Program-made: the position numbers and the translations under genes
The notes under the pieces: generated by a model
The model's database searches: none
Told to the model about the DNA's origin: nothing
The model's input: the letters and a program-made list of their open reading frames with translations, nothing else
Shown: positions 51,431-64,000 of the stretch, piece by piece
How positions within the stretch are numbered: the stretch's first letter is position 1
Layout of the letters: each line of letters begins with the position of its first letter
Assembly: GCF_963921235.1 (NCBI RefSeq)
Contig: NC_086097.1
Coordinates: 113,834,001-113,898,000 of the forward strand
Reading direction: 5' to 3'
DNA: 64,000 bases
DNA from: Mobula hypostoma
Taxonomy: Eukaryota

Positions 51431-52755
51431 TCTTGTGTCTGTTTGTTAAATGGCCATGTACAAAAAAAATTTGGCTGCTCTTGTAGGGCGGTTGGAGAGC
51501 TTACATTTGAGTGGATAGCAAACAATGAATTGTAAGCCTGAGTATAGTGAATGATTTGGCCTCCGTAGCTGTTTATAGCAATGAATTGCAGAGTTTTACT
51601 AGACTATGATTAAAGAAATTCTTTCTCTTATCTATTCTAAAGAGGCGTCTTTCTATTCTGAGGCTGTGTGCACTGGTCTTAGACTCTCCCACGATTGTGG
51701 GGATGCTGTGTTGGTGCCAGAATCATAGCAACACTTGTAGGCAGTCCAGCACAATCCTTGTTGATTTGATTTGGCGCAAATGCTGTGTTTCACATTTGAA
51801 TCAGAGGTTGATAGATTCTTGATTAGTAAAGACATCAAAGGATACTGGGAGAAGCAGGAAAATGGGATTACGAGAGAACTAAATCAGCTAATATGGAATG
51901 GCAGAGCAGACCTGGTGGTCCAAATAGTCTAATTCAGCTTCCATGTCCTGTGGATGTTATGATGTACATGCGACAAATAAAGCTAATCTTTATGGAAAAC
52001 ATCCTCTCCGCATCCACTCTGTCTAGGCCCTTCAATATTCAGTGAGTTTCAATGAGATCCCCTTCTTTCTTCTAAACTCCAGAGCCATCACATGCACCCC
52101 AGATGTTAACCCTTTCATTTCTGGGATCATAGAACCAGAGCTACTATATATGAGGAGATCTTTATTTCATTACCAGAAAGTGTTTAATGGGAATAAACAG
52201 AGGGTCAAAGAACTAATAAATTATTAACAAAGATATGTCCCTGGATTAGAGTCACTGTAATAACTCACATGCAAGAAAGCAGGTCCAACAAAAAAGGCAA
52301 GACCTAAGGGACTAATAGTGGATGGAAAGAATGCGGTAGGTCTCGGATCTAGTTGACAAAGCATGAGCTTTTCCATATTCTCAAGACCTTAGTAAGTATG
52401 CAATGAGACTGAGAGTGCAATGGATAGTCACTTTCCTCAGCCCAAGAAGCTTATTGCTAACCTCAGCTTTCTACTACAGCAGCACAATCTTTCCAAAGAG
52501 TCAGAATTGTTTGTGACAAAGTTAACCTCTAACAAATATACCTTGTTCAGTTTCTTGTTGTAAACAAGAACCAGTCCTCAGTTCTTAATGTAAAATGCAA
52601 GCAGAAATCTGTCTGAAGTTGAAAGGACATCTGGACTGTCTGTTAAGAGATGTGATTTGCAAAAGGAAGCAACCATGAGACTTCCTGTCTGCCCAACACA
52701 AGACAATGGGGCTATGTTAATTGGTCTACATTAACCCGGGCAACTACAGCTAAGT

Positions 52756-52939
52756 TGTAAACACAAAATAATCCGCAGATGCTGGGATCAAAGTAACACT
52801 CACAACACGCTGGAGGAACTCAGCAGGCTGGGCAGCATCCGTGGAAAAGATCAGTCGACGTTTCGGGCTGGAACCCTTCCTAGCTGATCTTTTCCACGGA
52901 TGCTGCCCGACCTGCTGAGTTCCTCCAGCGTGTTGTGAG
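52756..52939. mobile_element. Fold-back mini PLE insertion
   Basis: 14-bp TSD aactacagctaagt (52742-52755, 52940-52953) and 56-nt inverted arms. Confidence 0.88.
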
Positions 52940-53785
52940 AACTACAGCTAAGTAATTTGTATCATGGTCTTCAGACGCTTTTAGACAATCTGTGTAAATT
53001 ACTTTGTCCCAGCAAAGGTATCTTGAAAACTTCATAAGCAGATGATGTCATTGAGTATCAGACAGTATAAATATTGGGAAGCATTGGCGATTGTTAGAAA
53101 TAACAAGGAGAGTTAGAGAAAGATGGGGATAGAATTCATTCCTCAGACTTCGGTTTCTGCAACGGATGACTTGTTCATCTGCAATTCGTTTGTACTGTAC
53201 GTTCTTTTAGTTCATACAAATCGGACCTATGTTTGGAAATCCTTTGTAGTTTGTAAATCTTTTTTAATTCAGAAAATTTAAACGTGTATAATTAAAACTG
53301 AAATAAACTGTGCTTAAACTATTTTGTTAGTTAGATGCATCTCCTCCTCGCTATAGAAGGGGAACACGCCTCTCAAACAGTGGGTATTGACAGCTAAACC
53401 TTACTACAGAAACTAGAGAGGGAAGTAAGCTAGTGCTTTATGAGTAGGTGGATTCAGTGTCATTTCCAATTGATCTTGTATTGGAGAGGGCTTAAAATCC
53501 TCTTTTGAGTTTAGGGCTTTGCAGAAAATGAATCCAGAAACTGTTCCCATTGCTAGAAAGATTAATAACCTGGGAGATAGTTTAGTTTCAGATTCAGAAT
53601 TATTTATCACATGTACATCAAAACACACAGTGGATTGCACTGTTTGGGTTAACAACCAACATATCCAAGGATGTGCTGGGGGTAGCCAGTAAGTTTCTGG
53701 CGCTTACATAGCATGCCCACAATGTTCAGAAGTACAACATAAGCAACAGTAACTATATAAAACAGGCCAACATCAAAAATTAGAT

Positions 53786-53788
<3 letters not shown>

Positions 53789-53834
<46 letters not shown>

Positions 53835-53843
53835 TACACACAC

Positions 53844-53886
<43 letters not shown>
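53789..53886. repeat. (CA)n microsatellite
   Basis: Direct observation, a few CATA interruptions. Confidence 0.98.
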
Positions 53887-53887
<1 letters not shown>

Positions 53888-53984
53888 CCTCCAACCCAGG
53901 ATATGTCTCCCTGTTGGCCTCCAGTCTCTCAGTCTTTCAGCCTTAGACTTCGTCCCAGGACACGTCGAGCACAGGTTTGACCTC

Positions 53985-54447
53985 AAACAAGAGAAAATCT
54001 GCAGAGCCTGGAAATCCAAGCAACACACACAAAATGCTGGAGGAACTCAGCAGGCCAGGCAGGATCCATGGAAAAAAGTAAAGAGTCAACGTTCAGGCCG
54101 AGACCCTTCATCAAGACTAGAAAAAAAGAGATAAGCAGTCAGCGTAAGAAGGTGGGGAAGGGAAGGAAGAAGCACAAGGTGGTAGGTGATAGATGAAACC
54201 AGGAGATGGGGAGGAGGCGAAGTAAAGTGCTAAGAAGTCGATTGATGAAAGAGATAAAGGGCTGAAGAAGGGGGAATCTAATAGGAGAGGACAGAAGGAA
54301 GGGAAGAAAGGGAAGGAGCACCAGAGGGAAGTGATGGGCAGGTAAGGAGATAAAGTGAGAGAGGGAAATGGGAATGGGGAATGGAGAAGGATGGCGTGCA
54401 TTACCAGAAGTTCGAGAAATCAATGTTTATGCCATCAGGTTGGAGGC
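53985..54447 (-). mobile_element. PLE pLTR fragment
   Basis: Same family as 51015-51430. Confidence 0.8.
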
Positions 54448-54509
54448 CATGTGCATATACATCATATGGTTAAATATACAGCAGTGTATATATACAAATG
54501 TGAGGAGGA

Positions 54510-55374
54510 TGTTATGAGAGTGGGTGAGTGGGCAGATGCATGGCAGATGCAGTTTAATGTGGATAAAGGTGAGGTTATCCACTTTGGTGGTAAGAACGGG
54601 AAGGCAGATTATTATCTAAATGAAGTCAAGTTAGGAAAAGGGGAAGCACAATGAGATCTAGGTGTTCTTGTACATCAGTCACTGAAAGCAAGCATGCAAG
54701 TACAGCAGGCAATGAAGAAAGCTAATGGCATGCTGGCCTTCATAACAAGGGGAATTGAGTATAGGAGCAAAGAGGTCCTTCTGCAGCTGTACAGGGCCCT
54801 GGTGAGAACACACCTGGAGTACTGTGTGCAGTTTTGGTCTCCAAATTTGAGGAAGGACATTCTTGCTATTGAGGGAGTGCAGCGTAGCTTCACAAGGTTA
54901 ATTCCCGGGATGGCGGGACTGTCGTATGTCGAAAGATTGGAGCAACTGGGCTTGTATGATCTGGAATTTAGAAGACTGAGAGGGGATCTTATTGAAACAT
55001 ATAAGATTATTAAGGGATTGGACACGCTGCAGGCAGGAAGCATGTTCCTGCTGATGGGTGAGTCCAGAACCAGAGGCCACAGTTTAAGAATTAGGAGTAG
55101 GCCATTTAGAACGGAGCTGAGGAAAAACTTTTTCACCCAGAGAGTGGTGGATATGTGAAATGCTCTGCCCCAGAAGGCTGTGGAGGCCAAGTCTCCGGAT
55201 GCTTTCAAAAAAGAGATGGATAGAGCTCTTAAAGATAGTGGAATCAAAGGTTATGGGGACAAGGCAGGAACTGGATACTGATAGTGGATGATCAGCCATG
55301 ATCACAGTGAATGGTGGTGCTGGCTCGAAGGGCCAAATGGCCTATTCCCACACCTATTGTCTATTGTCTATTGT
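54510..55374 (+). mobile_element. CR1 3' fragment with (ctattgt)n tail
   Basis: ORF 54694-55158, CR1 C-terminus. Confidence 0.9.
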
Positions 55375-57003
55375 AATGCTACTGGCACTGTCATAAATAA
55401 TGAGTACTGGGTGGTAGCAGGGTGTTCTGAAGTCTCACAGCCTGGGGGAGGAAGCTATTACCCAGCCTAAGAGTCCTTGTTCTCATACTGCAGTATAATA
55501 GAGTCAGACATACTCAATGGCCTTTGCTGCAATGTAACCATTCTGTCATTATGGTAGAAATTTAAGACAGGGCAGCTTTGTTCTGGGCTCTCAGTTTTTA
55601 TATTTACCACCAGATTAATGAAATTATAGTCATCTGATCTATAAAATAAAACTCTTACGAATTTGCTAGTTCAGTCATCTGCAAACCTACAACCTAGTTC
55701 CTCCGCTCCTAGGCTGAATCTGCTAGTTCTCATCTGTCCTACGTGCAGGTTTTTGGAAATCTTACAAAAATAGACTGTTTTCTTTTAAGAAAACAGTCGA
55801 TGGAATGGTGAGAATGCAAGACAGACAGGTGATGATTTCACAATAAATTTCACAATATACAGTATGTTAGCAATAATAAATCTGATTCTTACTCTGATTC
55901 TGCTGCCTGATCCACCTTAGGTACCTTCCATAGTCCAAATATATGTGTGTGGTGAACACCTACACATGAAACAAAATCTGCAGACCTGTGTTAAACTGAT
56001 CAGATCTAGAAAAGGCCGTTCTCTCACAATGTCCACTCACAGGAACGGACATAAGTGTGGAGGAATGGCAGAGACTTTCTGTCATGGTGATCACTGGCAC
56101 TGGCTCAACCCAGGAGCAGAGGATGGCAGACTCTGTCACTGTGAGCTCTGGCGATGATTCAACCAAGGAGTGGAGGAACGGTGGACTTCCCATGAAGAAA
56201 TGGAAACAAGGGGTTAGGGATAAGAATATCAAAAGCAAATAAATACATACTTGAATTGTAAAGTTTGTAGCACCTTCGTCCTACGAAGCAGAAGGCTTTT
56301 TGGAATAAATGAAAATTGAGATTTATACCAGAACATTTTCAGTCGTGGTTGAACTACAATAACTATTCCAGTGTGACTGATGCACTGTCCATATCTATAC
56401 AGCAATTGCTGCTGGTTCCACTCCACATTATTTCCATCGTCTTTCAGCCAATTGTACTTGAAAATGGAACTAATCTGCCCAGGAATACATTAAAGACACT
56501 TAACCCACAAGGCAACTGAGAAGTATGAGAAAGAGCAGGAAGGCAGCGTCAAGACCAAGACTGGATTTTAGTGAATGGTAGTGCAGGCTTCTGGAGCCAG
56601 TAGACTGACTCTTGCTCCTGCATCTTATATTCTTAATGCGGGTTTGCAGATTTTATTTAATGTACATTTTTTTATTGGATGATGACCCAAGGTGTTCCAT
56701 AGGGATCAGTGATGGGCCCATTGTTGTTCACTATTTATATAAATGATGTGGATAAAAATGTACAAATCATAATCAGTAAGTATGCAAATAAGACTAAATA
56801 GTTGGTGTCTGAGACAGTGAGGAATGTTATCAGAAATTACAGCAGGATCCTGATGAGCTGAGTTAGTGGGCTGAGGAAAGGCAAATGGCATCCAATCGAG
56901 ATAAGTATGAGGTGTTATATCCTGGGAATTCAAACGATGGTAGGATTTTCACAGTAAACTGAGATGTCCTCGAGGTGATGTACAAAAGAGGGACCTACAG
57001 TAG

Positions 57004-57232
57004 TGTTATGTTTTGTAACTCCAAAACATAAAACTAATTGAAAGAAAAACACAGAGCTGGGGATAACGTGTGTAGGCTTCATTTTTACTTTAGGAAGGTG
57101 CACACTTATGGTGTATGCCATTCATGTACTTTTACATATAACCCATAACCCATAATGAATTATATATACAACAAAGAATGCTTAATCAAACAATATAGCT
57201 ACAATATTACTCAAATATTAAATAGGACAACA
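57004..57232. mobile_element. Solo LTR inside an old CR1
   Basis: TG...CA, homologous to 29494-29726, flanks agtag/actag. Confidence 0.7.
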
Positions 57233-57329
57233 ACTAGGAGCACAATAGTTTCCTAAAAGTAGCATCACAGGTAGAGGAGACAGTGAAGAAGGCATCTGGC
57301 ATACTAGCAGCCAGGCCAATGAGTACAAT

Positions 57330-58072
57330 TAAATGTCAGAGAAATGTATACAATATACATACTGAAATGCTTTTTCTTTGCAACCGTCCACAAAAACAGA
57401 GGAGTGCCCCAAAGGATGAACGACAGTTAAATGTCAGAACCCCAAAGTACCCCCCCCCAAGCTCCCCTCCCTCCCGTGCATAAGCAGCAGCGAGCAATGA
57501 GCAAAAATAATGCGCACCCGCTACTAGCACTCAAACGTGAGCAAAGCAATAGCAAAGACTACATTGTTCACCCGATAATTCGACATACCGCAGGCTCTCT
57601 CTCTCCTAATAACGGAGAAAGAGGTGACTCCATTTTCTAATGAGCGGGAGAGATAACAACCAACTCACTGGTTTACGATGTTAAAAGTCTGTTACATCGC
57701 TTTTTTCGAGCTCTGTGCCTGGAGGTCGCAAGGATCCTGGGTCCCCAGGCACACAGCAGATGTTCCGACCCCCCCAACGACACATGGGTCTCCTGTGGCG
57801 ACACCGACCCTTGATTCGCCCGTCTCCAGTTACTCGAGATCCCAGGCTTCTGAATCCGTGCCGAGATCTTAGGCCGAGCCTTTGGCATGCCGAATAGCGG
57901 CCGATTGTGAAACCCCGAGAGCGGTTCCCATTCCCGCAAAGTACCGTAGTCGGCGAGTAACTCCAGGTCAGGGTCTTCAAAAGAACCCTGAAAGGGAAAA
58001 GTAGAGGTATTAAAGGTGGAACTAGAACTGTTTCCGAAGATGCAAGCAAAGGAATCACTGTTGGGTGCCATA
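57330..58072 (-). mobile_element. CpG-rich non-autonomous retroelement
   Basis: Related to 13600-14405; LINE-type 3' tail; no credible ORF. Confidence 0.5.
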
Positions 58073-58127
58073 ACTACTTAGCTACTTAGGGTTGGGACAT
58101 AATGTTGCAGTTGTACTGTACAAAACA

Positions 58128-58594
58128 GGATGGCAGGACTTTCATATGAAGAAAGACTGGATGAACTGGGCTTGTACTCGTTGGAATTTAGAAGATTGAG
58201 GGGGGATCTGATTGAAACGTATAAAATCCTAAAGGGATTGGACAGGCTGGATGCAGGAAGATTGTTCGCGATGTTGGGGAAGTCCAGAACGAGGGGCCAC
58301 AGTTTGAGGATAGAGGGGAAGCCTTTTAGGACCGAGATTAGGAAAAACTTCTTCACACAGAGAGTGGTGAATCTGTGGAATTCTCTGCCACAGGAAACAG
58401 TTGAGGCCAGTTCATTGGCTATATTTAAGAGGGAGTTAGATATGGCCCTTGTGGCTACGGGGGTCAGGGGGTATGGAGGGAAGGCTGGGGCGGGGTTCTG
58501 AGTTGGATGATCAGCCATGATCATAATAAATGGCGGTGCAGGCTCGAAGGGCCGAATGGCCTACTCCTGCACCTATTTTCTATGTTTCTATGTT
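58128..58594 (+). mobile_element. Young CR1 3' fragment
   Basis: Near-identical to ~1091-1553. Confidence 0.92.
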
Positions 58595-59084
58595 AAAACA
58601 TTTGTGAGTCTGTAATTGGAGTATTGTGTGTAATTTTGGTTACCCTGTTGTAGAAAGGCACCAAGATGGAATGAGTACAAAGAAGATTTGTAAGATATTG
58701 CCAAGACTCATGGCCTGAGTTATAGGGAGAGTTTGAGCAAGCTAGGATTTTATTTCTTGGAGCATGGGAAACTGAGATATAACCTTATAGAGGTGTATGG
58801 AACCATGAAGGGTATAGATAAAGACTATTCCAGGCTTGTTGCGCAGGGAAAGGGAATCAAAAACTTGAGGGTATATGTTTAAGGTAAGAAGTGAGAAACT
58901 ACAAGGGATCTGGGTAGTAACTTGGTTAGGCCGAGTGTGGAGCAAGCTGTGTGTTTGAGACAAGTATAATAACAACATTTGAAATGGAGTTGGACACGTA
59001 CATGGAAAGGCAGGCAAATGGGTGTAGCATAGATGGACATCTTCATTGGATGAACAGGTCAGGCTAAAGTGTCCGTATTCAAAC

Positions 59085-60295
59085 AAAGGATCAGAATTAG
59101 GCCATTCAGCCCATCGAGTTTGTTCTGGCATTCCATCATACTGATTTATTCTCCCTCTCAACCCATTCTCCTGCCTTCTCCACATAACCTTTGACACCCT
59201 GACTAATCAAGGACCTGTCTACCTCAGCTTTAAATGACTTGGCCTCCACAGAAGTCTGTGGAAATGAGTTCAGCAAATTCATCACCCTCTGGCTAAAGAA
59301 ATTCCTCATCATCTCTGTTCTAAGTGGACGTCTGTCTATTCTGAGGTTGTGCCCTCTGGTCCTAGACTCGATCACAATAGGAAACATCCTCTCCACATCT
59401 ACTCTATCAAGCCTTTCAACATTTGATAGGTTTCAATGTGATCCCAACTTCATTCATCTGAACTCCAGTGGGTACAGGCCCAGAGCCATCAAATGCTCCT
59501 CATATATTAACCCTTTCATTTCTGGAATAATTCTCATGAACCTCCTCTGGACCCTCTCCAATGCCAGCGTGTTTTCTTAGATAAGGGGCCCAAAACTGCT
59601 CACAATACTGTCTGACCAATGTGTTATAAAGTCTCAGCATTACATCTTTGCTTTTGCATACTAGTCCTCTGAAATTAAATGCTAACGTCACATTTGCCTT
59701 CCTTACCACCGACTCAAGCTGCAAGTTAACCTTCAGGAAATCCTGCAGGAGGGCTCCCAAGTCTTTTTGCAACTCTCATTTTTGCATTTTCTCCCCGTTT
59801 AGAAAATAGGCTACGCCTTTATTCCTTCTACCAAAGAGCATGACCATACACTTCCCTGCACTGTATTCCATCTTATTTGCCCATTCTTCTAATCTGTCTG
59901 AGTCCTTCTGTAGGCTCTCTGTTTCCCCAACACGACCTGCCCCTCCACCTATCCTCACATGATCCACAAACTTGGCTACAAAGCAATCAATTTTATCATG
60001 AAATCATTGACATATAACATGAAAAGAAGTGGTCCTAACACTGACCCCTACGGAACACCACTATTCACAGGCAGCCAACCAGAAAAGGTCCCCTTTATTC
60101 CCACTCTATACCCCCTGCCAGTCAGCCAATCTTCTATCAACGCTAGTATCTTTCCTGTCATACCATCTGCTTTTACCTGGGCAAACAGCCTAATGAGTGG
60201 CATCTTGTCAAAGGCCTTTTGAAAATCCAAGTAAGCAACATCCACTGACTCTCCTTTGTCTATCCTAGTTGTTATTTCCTCAAGGAATTCCAGTA
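59085..60295 (-). mobile_element. Decayed CR1 (RT to 3' end)
   Basis: VDVAYLDFQKAFDK, SGVP, SRTRGHNL. Confidence 0.85.
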
Positions 60296-61769
60296 TTTTG
60301 GGTTTACCTCCCTCCCTGTTGATTAATCCCTCAGCCTTCTGTAAGGATCTGGAGTTCATCCAGTTCCAGCTCCAGTTCCTTAGAAGGAGAGAAGATGCAG
60401 CTGGGTGCACTTCTTGCAGGAGTAGTCGTCAGGGACACTGGAGGTCTCCCTGCCTTCCCGCATCCTGCGAGAGGATCATTCCACTATCCTGCCCTGCATC
60501 GCCACTGCTCTAACTGTGCAATAAGAAAGAAAAATTAAAAGGAAAATTTAACTACGGCCTTTGCCACTCCTCGCCAAAGCCTCTCTGAGCTAAAGCCTGA
60601 ATTCAGAGGCTAGTCACACAACGGCTGCTCCACTTAAACCTAACTTATTTGTAGTGACCTTTGCTCATTGCCTAATTATGCACAATCTCCCTGGGATCTG
60701 TGGCAGGCAGAATGTGTTAACTGTCCCTGCTTGCTTCTTTTAAACTCTCTCTCCTGCTATGCAATCCAATGTCTCCTCAGGAACTGTGGTGCACAGAATA
60801 TCTCGGCCACACACACAATGTCTCAATGACTAGCCAGTATGAGTACTGTAGTAGAAATTCTGATGTCTCGCAAGCAAACTCAGTTGAGGAAGCCTCTGCT
60901 GCACTGGGAGATAGATGATTGACATTGTCCAAATCCTCTGAGAGCCTGATCGAGTCTGTTTCCAGCAATATATCCTGGTCCTTAACTACTCTGTGAAGAA
61001 GCTTTCTCTTTCTATCTTGAATTTTTGCACAACATCTTAAATTGGTATCTCCTGGCTTCTTCTACTTTCCCCATTTAAATCAGTTATGATCTTCTGCAAA
61101 TGTCTCACTGCTTCTCAACCACCTATTGCTTCTCAAGTCCATGTCTTGTGTCTGACATCCCCATTTTAACGTGCTGGTGTGGATGGCACATGAGCCGATT
61201 TGCAAGGAGGTTTTCGCCAACGATTTCCTGCAGTGTTACGCCCAGAGGTGAGCAGGATCCAGCCCAATATCTCCTCTGAAGGTGAAACACGTCTTCCACA
61301 CAGACTTATTTATTTATTGTTACTTAGAGATAGTTTGGAAACAGACCCATCTGGCCTAACGAGCCCACCCTGCACAGTTACACCCATGTGACCAATTAAT
61401 CTACTGACCTGTACATCTAGAATGAACAAACTCCTTACAGGCAGCAGCAGGATTCGAACCCAGGTTGCTTGTGCTGTAATAGTTTTATGCTAACTGTTAC
61501 ACTACTGCGCTGTCCTGACTTTCACCAGGTGGAATTTTTAGCGTGACCTATAATGGCCTTTTTCTCCCCCACACTTTACGCTTGGAAAACTTCACTTGTG
61601 TCTGGGTGGAGAGAAAAACTGCACCAAGCAACCATATTTCCATCATCTGGTCTTTCCAGCTCAGGCTGCAATAATTGTAACTCTTGAACAGTTTTTTGTA
61701 CACAACGTGAAAAGGGTGTAGAACTCGTTCCCACAGCCTCCAGTAGATGCTAACTCAATTAATAATATA

Positions 61770-62313
61770 CACTCAGTGGCCACTTTAAGAGTTGTCTCCT
61801 GAACCTTATAAAGTGGCATCTGAGTTTGTAATGTTCTAGTGCTGTAGCTCATCTACTTCAAGGTTCGACGCGTTATACTTTCAGAGATGTTCTTCTGCAC
61901 ACCGCTATTGTAACGCATGTTTATTTGAATTACTATTACCTTCCTGTCAGCTTGAACCAGTCTGGCCATTCTCCCCGACCTCACTCATTAACAAGGCATT
62001 TTTTTCCCACAGAACTACCACTGATTGGATGCTTCTTGCTTTTTCTACCCTTCTCTGCAAACTCTAGAGACTGTGGAGCATGAAAATCCCAGGAGAACAG
62101 CATTTTCTGAGATACACAAACCACCCCTTCTGCCACCAACAATTATTCCACAAAGTCACTTAGATCACATTTCTTCCCCCTTTCTGATATTTGGTCTAAT
62201 CAACAACTAAACCTCTTGACCATGCAAACAGTTGTTACCATATGATTGGGTGATTAGATATTTACATTAACAAGCAGGTGTACAGATGCACCTAATAAAA
62301 TAGCCACTGAGTG
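61770..62313. mobile_element. Tc1/mariner-type MITE
   Basis: TA|cactcagtggccacttta...aaatagccactgagtg|TA. Confidence 0.8.
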
Positions 62314-62444
62314 TATAATCTGAATATTCAGTTAGGAATGTTATAGATTGACATGAAGTAAAGGTATAGATCAACTTTGTTCTCAATTGCAAAATGAACA
62401 TTTCTTTCCTCATAAAAATGTACAACATGTTCTTTGTCTACAAC

Positions 62445-63012
62445 ACACACAGCAGGTCAGGCACAAATAGTCAACTATGTGGGCTGAGGACTGGAAAGGA
62501 AGAGGATGTAAGCCAGAATAAGAAATGGGGGAGGGGAAGGAGAACAAGTTAGAAAGTGATAGGTAAAACCTGGTGAGGAAGGTGGTGTGTGGGTGAGGAA
62601 AGGGGGATAAAGTGAGAAGCTGGGAGGTGATAGGTGGAAGGGGTAAAGGGCTGAAGAAGAGTGATTCTAATAAAAGAATCTAGAAAAAAAAGGAAGGAGG
62701 GGCATCAGAAGCAGGTTATGAGCAGGTGAGAAGAGAGGAGAAGGTGTAAGATGGGAGACAGAATAGGGAATTGAAAAGGAGAGAAGAGGGAGGGGAGGGT
62801 AATTACAGGAAGTTAGAGAACTCAGTGTTCATGCCATCAGGTTGGAGAAGGCTACCCAGATGGAATATGAGGCGATGCTCCTCCAACCTGGGAGTAGCCT
62901 CATTGTGGTCGTAAAGGACTGATATGTCAAAATGGGAAAGGAGTGTAGAATTAAAATGGGTAGCCACTGGGAAAGCTTGCCTATTGTGATGGACGGAAGC
63001 TGCTTGACAAAG
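62445..63012 (-). mobile_element. PLE 3' fragment
   Basis: GIY-YIG end (gttcatgccatcagg) plus pLTR. Confidence 0.7.
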
Positions 63013-64000
63013 TTATTAGTTTGTAAAATACTGCATGATAAATATTTAGCTGAAGCTCAAAGAGATTCAGTACCAGCTATTCCTGCAGGTGGGGCTGTTG
63101 AGGCTTAAACATATCTCACAGGATGTAAATTTAATTGAAAATATAACATTTAGGGATTGCAGTCTTTGTGCTGGATTGTTATCAATTATTTAAATTCCCT
63201 GCTGTAAATGCTTCATCCAGTTTCCTTTTATCAATGATCTTACAAGAAAAATTTGTACTTGGGTTACAACTGGACTTAGAGTGTGAGTTAGGAGCAGTAA
63301 CAGGTAGTGACGTAAGTGAACAGCATCAGTGGATGAATAACAGTGTGAGGTGTGATAATTAGGTCCTTTAGTTGTGCAAGAACCCCCATATTCAACTCTA
63401 CTGTATACCTGCTCTTGTTGCCTGAACTTCATTATTGCAAGTCAGTGTCTTCTCAATTTCTGTTGCAACAGAAAAATTATTAGGCTGGTAACAATACTCC
63501 AATCTACACTTAGAGAAAATAAATTTTGCATTTTTCCCATTGTAATTTGATCTAAGTGTCTTACTTTGTCTCAGGACATCTGTTATATCTTGGTACAAAT
63601 ACCTCTTCAGATGCTGGAAATCCAGAGCAACACAAACATAAAATACTTGAGGAACTCAGCAGGTCAGGCAGCACCTATTGAGAGGAATAAACAGTTGACA
63701 TTTTGAGCTAAGATATTCTGATGAAGTATCTCAACCTGAAACGTTAACTGCTTTTTCCTAAGGGTAAGGATTCATAGGGAAATGACGAATTGTTGTGTTC
63801 TGTGTTTTACTGAGACGTGGCTTTCACAGAGTACACCGGGTCTGGTGATCAGACCCAAAGGCTTCTTGATACACAGGATGGATTGAGCTGCTGATTTGGA
63901 AAAGGCATGATAAGCTCTGTGGTGCTCTCATGTGGTGGTTTTGTCGTACTTGTGCTCCCCTGACCTTGATCAAATGTCAACTATTCTAATTACCAAGAGA

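Noticed and set aside
52130..53400. Apparently unique DNA with semi-open frames on both strands
   Set aside because: Multiple stops and no motif I recognise; needs BLASTX after removing the PLE insert.
53649..54028. VCVC-rich ORFs
   Set aside because: Translation of the (CA)n microsatellite.
63020..63603. Short Cys-containing minus-strand ORFs
   Set aside because: No recognisable family or consistent splice structure.

Overview
Repeat-dense vertebrate genomic DNA; the repeat families look like those of a cartilaginous fish (shark or ray), which is an inference. The only host gene I can support is the 5' end of CNDP2 on the minus strand: three coding exons (6667-6726, 3443-3586, 1754-1916) plus a candidate non-coding first exon and CpG-rich promoter near 16.9-17.1 kb. 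The rest is mostly transposon material: CR1, Rex1/Babar-like, Tx1-like and RTE-derived LINEs, tRNA-derived SINEs, Tc1-type MITEs and many Penelope-like elements (PLEs). It also holds two LTR retrotransposons with both LTRs and TSDs (Gypsy 19314-25523; Gmr1-like 30482-35387), a gag-pro LTR/ERV remnant, a split processed RBM25 pseudogene and a ~1.65 kb recent direct duplication. The most interesting signals are: minimal hammerhead ribozyme motifs in the PLE terminal repeats (intact core at 21524-21559) with fold-back mini-elements built around them; an RBM25 cDNA fused to a Gypsy 3' end; a 92-bp microhomology-flanked local inverted templated insertion; and a four-level TE nest. I cannot claim a wholly new biological system. 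These are unusual local instances of known mechanisms.
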